From Ottowia oryzae (GTDB lineage Bacteria > Pseudomonadota > Gammaproteobacteria > Burkholderiales > Burkholderiaceae_C): DNA of 32,000 nucleotides. The notes beneath the pieces are model-generated. The model worked only from the letters and a program-made list of their open reading frames with translations. It was not told where the DNA came from and did no database searches. A program made the position numbers and the translations under genes. The stretch covers positions 3,375,989 to 3,407,988 of the forward strand of contig NZ_CP027666.1 of NCBI RefSeq assembly GCF_003008535.1, written 5' to 3'. Position 1 is the stretch's first letter, and each line of letters starts with the position of its first letter. Positions 26,289 through 32,000 of the stretch are shown here, in pieces.

Positions 26289-27187
26289 GCGGGGAAGACG
26301 CCGGTGGAGAGATAGCGGTCGCCGCGGTCGCACACCACAAAAACGATGGTGGCCGATTCGGTGCGCGCCGCCACTTGTTCGGCCACCCAGGCTGCGCCGC
26401 CAGACGAAATGCCGCCAAAGATGCCCTCTTCGCGCGCCAGGCGCCGCGCCATTTCCTCGGCGTCGGACTGGTCGACCAGCACCAGCTCATCGACCAGGGC
26501 CGGCTCGTAAATTTTCGGCAGGTATTCCTCGGGCCATTTGCGGATGCCCGGAATGCGCGAACCCTCGGCCGGCTGCGCGCCGATCACCTGAATGGCCGGG
26601 TTGCGCTCTTTCAGGTAGCGCGACACGCCGGTGATGGTGCCCGTGGTGCCCATCGCGCTCACGAAATGCGTGATGCGCCCTTGCGTCTGCTCCCACAGCT
26701 CGGGGCCGGTGGTTTCGTAGTGGATGCGCGGGTTGTCGGCGTTGGCGAACTGGTCCAGCATGCGGCCCTTGCCTTGGCCAACCATCTTGTCGGCCAAGTC
26801 GCGCGCGTATTCCATGCCGCCAGAGCGCGGCGTCAGGATCAGCTCGGCGCCAAACGCCTTCATGGTCTGCGCGCGCTCGACGGACAAGTCCTCAGGCATG
26901 ATCAGCACCATGCGGTAGCCCTTGATGGCAGCGGCCATCGCCAGCGCAATGCCGGTGTTGCCGCTGGTGGCCTCGATCAGCGTGTCGCCAGGCTGGATCT
27001 CGCCGCGCTCTTCGGCGCGCCGGATCATCGACACGGCCGGCCTGTCCTTGACCGAGCCCGCGGGGTTGTTGCCTTCCAGCTTGGCCAGCACGACATTGCC
27101 GCGGGCCGTGTTGACCTGCGCATCGATGCGCTGCAGCCTCACCAACGGCGTGCGGCCAATGGCGTCCTCAATCGTCGGATAGTTCAT
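26285..27187 (-). CDS. cysM: cysteine synthase B (O-acetylserine sulfhydrylase B)
   Basis: MNYPTIEDAIGRTPLVRLQRI...AKLEGNNPAGSVKDRPA (PLP-lysine motif)...TSGNTGIALAM. About 300 aa with a short CysM-type C-terminus. Confidence 0.9.
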   Translation of the reverse strand: MNYPTIEDAIGRTPLVRLQRIDAQVNTARGNVVLAKLEGNNPAGSVKDRPAVSMIRRAEERGEIQPGDTLIEATSGNTGIALAMAAAIKGYRMVLIMPEDLSVERAQTMKAFGAELILTPRSGGMEYARDLADKMVGQGKGRMLDQFANADNPRIHYETTGPELWEQTQGRITHFVSAMGTTGTITGVSRYLKERNPAIQVIGAQPAEGSRIPGIRKWPEEYLPKIYEPALVDELVLVDQSDAEEMARRLAREEGIFGGISSGGAAWVAEQVAARTESATIVFVVCDRGDRYLSTGVFPA

Positions 27188-27227
27188 GCTTCGCACTGTG
27201 CCATAATTTCGGGCTGGCTATCGCGCT

Positions 27228-27314
27228 GCCCGGGTGGCGAAATCGGTAGACGCAGCAGATTCAAAATCTGCCGGTGGCAACACCGTGCCGGTTCGATTCC
27301 GGCTCCGGGCACCA
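27228..27314 (+). tRNA. tRNA-Leu (anticodon CAA)
   Basis: Type II tRNA: GCCCGGG TG GCG AAATCGGTAGA CGC A GCAGA TTCAAAA TCTGC, long variable arm CGGTGGCAACACCGT, GCCGG TTCGATT CCGGC TCCGGGC A CCA. 87 nt. Confidence 0.9.
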
Positions 27315-27504
27315 GTGGTTTTTTGCCGCTGTCGCGCACTTCGTTGGTCTGTTGGCGGACTCTGGCTCGCCGCTTCAGGCGCCTTCTCGTCATGAGGGGC
27401 GCCTTTTGCGTTTCTGGGGCGCGATCGGCGAAGGCTCAAGCGCCGGGCAACCGTGCCGCAAGCGCCAGGCGGCGGCCACAGCGGCCGTCAATGCAGCCCA
27501 ACCC

Positions 27505-27560
27505 ATTTCAAAAAAAAACAGCCTCTAGCGCAGGCTGCACCAGCGCCGGCAGCTATTCTT
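27505..27560 (-). repeat. REP-like repeat, copy I (reverse orientation), terminator-like
   Basis: The minus strand reads AAAGAATAGCTGCCGGCGCTGGTGCAGCCTGCGCTAGAGGCTGTTTTTTTTTGAAAT. The stem CAGCCT/AGGCTG is followed by T9. The core TAG is the stop codon of the SDR gene. Confidence 0.75.
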
Positions 27561-28485
27561 TAGGTAGCAACCCAGTCGCCGGCGTGGGGTAGCGCAAGCG
27601 CAGGCGCGGCTCACGCTTGAGCCGTGTGTTGTCCAGCCGCCGCGACTCCTGCATGAACGACAAGCGCTCGGGCGACAGGTGGCTGGGCGCCTCTGCCAGG
27701 CCGATGCGCGGCGGGCGCGGCACGCCGTACAGGTCGGCAGCCATGTCGAAGTAGTCGCCCATCTTCAGCTGGCTGTCGTCGTTGGCGTTGATCACGCGCT
27801 GCGGCCCGGCGCGCCACAGTGCCAGCACGCAGGCGCGCGCCAGGTCATCGGCATGGATGTGGTTGGTGTAGACGTCATCGTCGGCGTTCAGCACCGGCGT
27901 GCCCGCCAGCAGGCGCGCGCGGGGCGTGCCGTTGGGCCGGTCGGGCGCGTAGATACCCGGAATGCGCAGCACGGCGGTGCGCACGGCCGCGCGCTGGCCA
28001 AAGTCGCGCACCAGGCGCTCGGCCGCCACCCGCCGGGCCGACCGCGCCGTGCTGGGGCGCACGGTGGCCGTTTCGTCGATGAAGGCGCCCGCGCGATCAC
28101 CGTACACCCCGCTGGTGGACGCGTACACCAACGCCTGCGGCGGCGTGCGCCTCGCCAGCGCCCGCAGCAGCGCCGCCGTGCGCGGGTCGCCCGTGCCGCT
28201 GCCGGGCGGCGGGGCCAGGTGCAGCACGTGCGTGGCCACGCCCGCCAGACGGCGCAGGCTGGCGGGGCTGTCCAGATCGCCGCGCAGCATGAAGGCCGCG
28301 GGCCCGTTACCCAACGCCCCGCCACTGCCAGTGGATGCGGCACTCCGAGTCAGGCCCAGCACCCGCACGCGCGGCGCCAGCAGGCGCGCGACGCGCCCAC
28401 CCACGTCGCCGTAGCCGACGATCAAGACGCGCGCACGGCGAAAGCGGGCGGGCAGCGCGCCGAGGGGGCTGAGGTTTGAGGGCAA
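27553..28485 (-). CDS. NAD-dependent epimerase/dehydratase (SDR) family protein
   Basis: N-terminal Rossmann motif RVLIVGYGDVGGRVARLL. 310 aa. ...YASTSGVYGD... is typical of extended SDRs. Confidence 0.7.
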   Translation of the reverse strand: MPSNLSPLGALPARFRRARVLIVGYGDVGGRVARLLAPRVRVLGLTRSAASTGSGGALGNGPAAFMLRGDLDSPASLRRLAGVATHVLHLAPPPGSGTGDPRTAALLRALARRTPPQALVYASTSGVYGDRAGAFIDETATVRPSTARSARRVAAERLVRDFGQRAAVRTAVLRIPGIYAPDRPNGTPRARLLAGTPVLNADDDVYTNHIHADDLARACVLALWRAGPQRVINANDDSQLKMGDYFDMAADLYGVPRPPRIGLAEAPSHLSPERLSFMQESRRLDNTRLKREPRLRLRYPTPATGLLPKE

Positions 28486-28535
28486 AATCGACCGTTCAGT
28501 ACAGATACAGACAGACCCGCGAGGATATCGAAGAC

Positions 28536-29579
28536 ATGGCGTTCAACATCTCGGTGCTGCCCAGCGGCCGCAGCTTTGAAGCGGATGCGGGCGAAACGAT
28601 GCTGGCAGCCGGCATTCGCCAGGGCGTGGGCCTGCCCTACGGCTGCAAGGACGGCGCCTGCGGTTCGTGCAAGTGCAAGAAGCTGTCGGGCACGGTGGTC
28701 CACGGGCCGCACCAGGAAAAAGCGCTCAGCGCGCAGGAAGAGGCCGACGGCTACGTGCTGACGTGCTGCGGCACCGCCACCAGCGACGTGGTGCTGGAAT
28801 CGCGCCAGGTGACGCACGCAGGGGCCTTCCCGATCAAGAAAATGCCCGCGCGCGTGGCCCAGCTGGAACGCCTGTCGCACGACGTGATGCGTGTGAAGCT
28901 GCAGCTGCCCGCCGCCGACGTGATGCAGTTTCACGCGGGCCAGTACATCGAATTCATCCTGCGCGACGGCGCGCGCCGCAGCTACAGCATGGCGAACGCG
29001 CCGCACCGCCTGCTGGAAAGCGGCGCGCCCATGGTGGACCTGCACATCCGCCACATGCCGGGCGGCAAGTTCACCGATCACGTGTTCGGCGCGATGAAGG
29101 AAAAGGAAATCCTGCGCATCGAAGGGCCGTACGGCAGCTTTTACCTGCGCGACGATTCGCCCAAGCCCATCGTCATGCTGGCGTCGGGCACCGGCTTTGC
29201 GCCCGTGAAGGCGATCCTGGAGCACATGCAGTTCATGGGCATCACGCGCGACGTGGTGCTGTACTGGGGCGGCCGCCGCCCGCACGATCTGTACCTGGAC
29301 GCCTGGGTGCGCGAGCAGCAGGCGGCCATGCCGCACCTGCGCTACGTGCCCGTCGTGTCCGACGCGCTGCCCGAAGACGGCTGGACGGGCCGCACCGGCT
29401 TCGTCCACCAGGCCGTGCTGCAAGACCTGCCTGATCTGTCCGGCCACCAGGTGTATGCGTGCGGCGCGCCCATCGTGGTGGATTCGGCCCGCAAGGACTT
29501 CACCGAGCGCGCCGCGCTGCCCGAGGAAGAGTTCTACGCCGACGCCTTCACCACCGAGGCGGACAAGGCCGCGCCCTGA
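28536..29579 (+). CDS. 2Fe-2S ferredoxin / FAD / NAD(P)-binding oxidoreductase (AscD, CDP-6-deoxy-delta-3,4-glucoseen reductase-like family)
   Basis: Plant-type ferredoxin cysteines YGCKDGACGSCKCK...LTCC, flavin motif RRSYSMAN and NAD domain MLASGTGFAPVKAIL. Start at an internal ATG (MAFNISV). Confidence 0.85.
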   Translation: MAFNISVLPSGRSFEADAGETMLAAGIRQGVGLPYGCKDGACGSCKCKKLSGTVVHGPHQEKALSAQEEADGYVLTCCGTATSDVVLESRQVTHAGAFPIKKMPARVAQLERLSHDVMRVKLQLPAADVMQFHAGQYIEFILRDGARRSYSMANAPHRLLESGAPMVDLHIRHMPGGKFTDHVFGAMKEKEILRIEGPYGSFYLRDDSPKPIVMLASGTGFAPVKAILEHMQFMGITRDVVLYWGGRRPHDLYLDAWVREQQAAMPHLRYVPVVSDALPEDGWTGRTGFVHQAVLQDLPDLSGHQVYACGAPIVVDSARKDFTERAALPEEEFYADAFTTEADKAAP

Positions 29580-29600
29580 TCGGCCAGCGCCATTCGCTTC

Positions 29601-29660
29601 TTTTTTGATAGCTGCCAGCGCCCTCTGCACCTGCGCTGGAGCCTGTTTTTTTGATTGATA
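29601..29660 (+). repeat. REP-like repeat, copy J, terminator-like
   Basis: TTTTTTGATAGCTGCCAGCGCCCTCTGCACCTGCGCTGGAGCCTGTTTTTTTGATTGATAAG. Stem CCAGCGC/GCGCTGG, then a T7 run. Confidence 0.75.
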
Positions 29661-29668
29661 AGACAACC

Positions 29669-30634
29669 ATGCAACGCAGACACCTCATGCTGGCCAGCAT
29701 CGCGCTGGCCGCCAGCGCAAGCGCTTTGGCCGACAACGGCAAACCCATTCGCCTGATCGTGCCCTACGCCGCGGGCGGCCCGCTGGACATCACCTCGCGC
29801 GCGCTGGCCGAGCGGGTGAAGGATTCGCTGGGCATCGTGGTGGTGGACAACAAGCCGGGCGCCGGCGGCAACCTGGGCAGCGACCTGGTCGCCAAGGCCG
29901 CGCCCGACGGCCGCACCATCGGCCTGGCCGCCGTGGCCACGCACGCCATCAACCCCTGGCTGTTCGCCAAGATGCCGTACGACGCCGCGAAGGATTTCGC
30001 CCCCATCACCCAGATGGTGCGCGTGCCCAACGTGCTGGTGATGAACGCCGACACCGCCGCGCGCCTGCACATCAACACCGTGGCCGACCTGATCGCCTAC
30101 GCCAAGAAGAACCCCGGCAAGCTGAACTACGGCTCGGGCGGCAATGGCTCGGCCGGGCACCTGGCGGGCGAAATGTTCAAGCAGGGCGCCGGCATCTTCA
30201 CCGTGCACATTCCCTACAACGGCGGCAACCCGGCGCAGCTGGCGCTTTTGTCCGGCCAGGTCGACTACAACATCGACAACCTGGCCACGGCGGCGCCCAA
30301 CATCAAGTCGGGCAAGCTGAAGGCATTGGCCGTGACCACCGCCAAGCCCTCATCCATGCTGCCGGGCGTGCCGCCGCTGGCCAACACGATCAAGGGTTTT
30401 GAAGTGGACACCTGGTGGGGCCTGGTGGCCCCCGCGGGCACGCCCCGCGCGGTGATCGACAAGCTGAACGCGGCCTTCACCACCGCGCTGAAGAGCCCCG
30501 AGACGCAGCAGCGCTTCGCCCTGCTGATGGCCGAGCCGGTGGCCACCACGCCCGAGCAGTTCGGCCAGTTGATGGACCGCGAGCGCGCCCGCTACGAGCC
30601 GGTGGTCAAGCGATCGGGCGCGAAGGTGGACTGA
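29669..30634 (+). CDS. Bug family tripartite tricarboxylate transporter substrate-binding protein (TctC-like)
   Basis: Signal peptide MQRRHLMLASIALAASASALA, then KPIRLIVPYAAGGPLDITSRALAERV...VDNKPGAGGNLG, the characteristic Bug-family N-terminus. Confidence 0.9.
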   Translation: MQRRHLMLASIALAASASALADNGKPIRLIVPYAAGGPLDITSRALAERVKDSLGIVVVDNKPGAGGNLGSDLVAKAAPDGRTIGLAAVATHAINPWLFAKMPYDAAKDFAPITQMVRVPNVLVMNADTAARLHINTVADLIAYAKKNPGKLNYGSGGNGSAGHLAGEMFKQGAGIFTVHIPYNGGNPAQLALLSGQVDYNIDNLATAAPNIKSGKLKALAVTTAKPSSMLPGVPPLANTIKGFEVDTWWGLVAPAGTPRAVIDKLNAAFTTALKSPETQQRFALLMAEPVATTPEQFGQLMDRERARYEPVVKRSGAKVD

Positions 30635-30654
30635 GCCAGCACGCCGCGCCCAAT

Positions 30655-30686
30655 AAAAAAGCCACGCCGGACAGCGTGGCTTTTTG
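30655..30686. terminator. bidirectional rho-independent terminator between convergent genes
   Basis: AAAAAA-GCCACGC-CGGACA-GCGTGGC-TTTTT. Confidence 0.75.
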
Positions 30687-30713
30687 CTTGAACGCGCAGG
30701 CGTTTGGCTGATA

Positions 30714-31856
30714 TCAGTTCAGCGGCGTGCGCACGCCATTCTTGTAGCCGTTCAGCGTCACGGCGGGCTGGGTCAGCTCACCCTTGTTGGTGAACTGGAT
30801 CTGCGCTGTCACGCCCTTGTAGTTGGTCTTGGCCAGCGCAGGCACGTAGACCTTCGGATCGACCGAGTTGGCGCGCTTCATCGCGTCGACCAGCACCATG
30901 GTGGCGTCGTACGAATACGGGCTGTAGATCTGGAATTGGCCGGGGTACTTGGCGTCGTAGCGCTTCTTCCACTCTTGGCCGCCGGCCATCTTCTCGACGG
31001 AGATGCCGCCAGTGGCGCAGGTCACATTGCCGACAGCGGCGACTTTGCTGGCCAGCTCGGGCAGCTTTTCAGTGCACGAGCCGTCGCCCGAGAAGAACTT
31101 CACGTTGCCCAGGCCAAGCTGCTCAAGCTGGCGCAGCATCGGGCCAGACTGCGAATCCAGGCCGCCGTAGAAGATCGCGTCAGGCTTCTTGCTGCGGATG
31201 TTGGTCAAGATGGCCATGAAATCGGTGGCCTTGTCGGTGGTGAATTCCGACGCCACCACGTTCAAGCCCTTTTTCTTCGCCGTTTGCTTGAACACATCGG
31301 CCAGGCCCTGGCCGTAGGCGGTGCGGTCGTCGATAACGGCCACGTTCTTCAGCTTGAGCGCGTCGGCCGCGTAGATGGCCAGCGCAGCGCCCAGGGCGTT
31401 GTCGTTGGCAATCAGGCGGTAGGTGGTCTTGTAGCCGGGCTTGGTCACGTCCGGGTTGGTGGCCGCGGTGGTGATGTGCGGAATGCCGCAGCCGTGGTAG
31501 ATGCTCGAAGCGGGAATCGTCGTGCCCGATTGCAGGTGGCCCACCACGCCAGCCACTTTCATGTCGCACAGTTTTTGTGCCACGGCGGTGGCCTGCTTGG
31601 GGTCGCCCGCGTCGTCTTCGGCCACGATCTCGAACTTGATCTTCTTGCCGCCGATGGTCAGGTTCTGCGCGTTCAGCTCGTCGATGGCCATGCGCACGCC
31701 GTTCTCGGTGTCCTTGCCGATGTGGGCGATGCCGCCGGACGTCGGGCCCGCGTGGGCGATCTTGACGGTTTGGACTTCCTGGGCGTTGGCGGCGGCAGCG
31801 ACCATCAGGCCAGCGACGGCCAGGGCGGTGGCGGAAATGCGATGGGTGTTTTTCAT
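30714..31856 (-). CDS. ABC transporter substrate-binding protein, branched-chain amino acid (LivK/LivJ) family
   Basis: Signal peptide MKNTHRISATALAVAGLMVAAAANA, then VKIAHAGPTSGGIAHIGKDTENGVRMAIDELNAQ...VVGHLQSGT, typical of type I periplasmic binding proteins. The start could be 31865 instead. Confidence 0.85.
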   Translation of the reverse strand: MKNTHRISATALAVAGLMVAAAANAQEVQTVKIAHAGPTSGGIAHIGKDTENGVRMAIDELNAQNLTIGGKKIKFEIVAEDDAGDPKQATAVAQKLCDMKVAGVVGHLQSGTTIPASSIYHGCGIPHITTAATNPDVTKPGYKTTYRLIANDNALGAALAIYAADALKLKNVAVIDDRTAYGQGLADVFKQTAKKKGLNVVASEFTTDKATDFMAILTNIRSKKPDAIFYGGLDSQSGPMLRQLEQLGLGNVKFFSGDGSCTEKLPELASKVAAVGNVTCATGGISVEKMAGGQEWKKRYDAKYPGQFQIYSPYSYDATMVLVDAMKRANSVDPKVYVPALAKTNYKGVTAQIQFTNKGELTQPAVTLNGYKNGVRTPLN

Positions 31857-32000
31857 ATCGTTCATCTCGTTGAAAAATGCTTCGGGAAAGCCAGCACCGT
31901 GCCCCAAAGTGGAGCATCGGCGCGCTCGCCAATGCTACCGCGATCCGCCGGGCCGTCCCAGTCACTACGGCGTGCCCGCCCGCGCCGCGCCGGCACGTGC

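Noticed and set aside
28451-28475. Partial match (GCCGAGGGGGCTG) to the valS palindromic element near the 5' end of the SDR gene
   Set aside because: Only ~12 nt are shared and the rest of the element is absent. In GC-rich DNA this is most likely chance.
311-29660. Possibility that the recurring ATAGCTGCCAGCGC elements form a CRISPR array
   Set aside because: The copies are kilobases apart, irregularly spaced, in both orientations and individually divergent. No cas genes are present. This is the behaviour of a dispersed REP or MITE-like element, not a CRISPR array.
28422-29666. 414-aa antisense ORF over the ferredoxin-reductase gene, and similar ORFs (29534..30208 -, 31180..31965 -)
   Set aside because: They are shadow ORFs opposite genes with clear 2Fe-2S/FAD, Bug and LivK signatures.

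Overview
This is a GC-rich chromosomal segment (third codon positions are almost all G/C). Gene content suggests a betaproteobacterium of the Burkholderiales/Comamonadaceae type, for example a Bug/TctC-family binding protein and tamAB. Most of the window is housekeeping or ordinary accessory metabolism:
- a vWA-protein fragment, a hemerythrin-domain protein, tamA-tamB and tRNA-Arg(CCT)
- a divergent MarR / FMN-reductase pair, a small lipoprotein and an orphan NarL/LuxR response regulator
- DoxX, a divergent pirin / LysR pair, an FAD oxidoreductase and gluQ
- tRNA-Lys(TTT), tcdA, valS, a 2-hydroxyacid-dehydrogenase-like gene and galU
- a TusA-like gene, a NUDIX hydrolase, cysM, tRNA-Leu(CAA), an SDR, a 2Fe-2S/FAD reductase, a Bug binding protein and a LivK-type binding protein

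I saw no rRNA, CRISPR array, transposase or integrase.

Two things stand out.
1. A four-gene co-directional module lies at 21607-25383, between galU and the tusA-like/NUDIX/cysM genes. It encodes an FtsK-gamma-like wHTH fused to an apparently degenerate SIR2 domain, an orphan 245-aa protein with faint UDG/MUG-like motifs, a PP2C phosphatase and a WYL-domain regulator. The first three genes overlap. I do not recognise this combination as a named system. It is the best candidate for an undescribed conflict or DNA-associated system.
2. Two families of short GC-rich repeats are present. An ~55-60 bp REP-like element with core ATAGCTGCCAGCGC occurs in 11 copies. Several copies supply stop codons, and two are embedded in frame in tamB and gluQ. 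A different palindromic element of ~48-65 bp is inserted twice, in the same frame, inside the essential valS gene.

All functional calls come from reading the translated ORFs and from motif memory. No database search was run.
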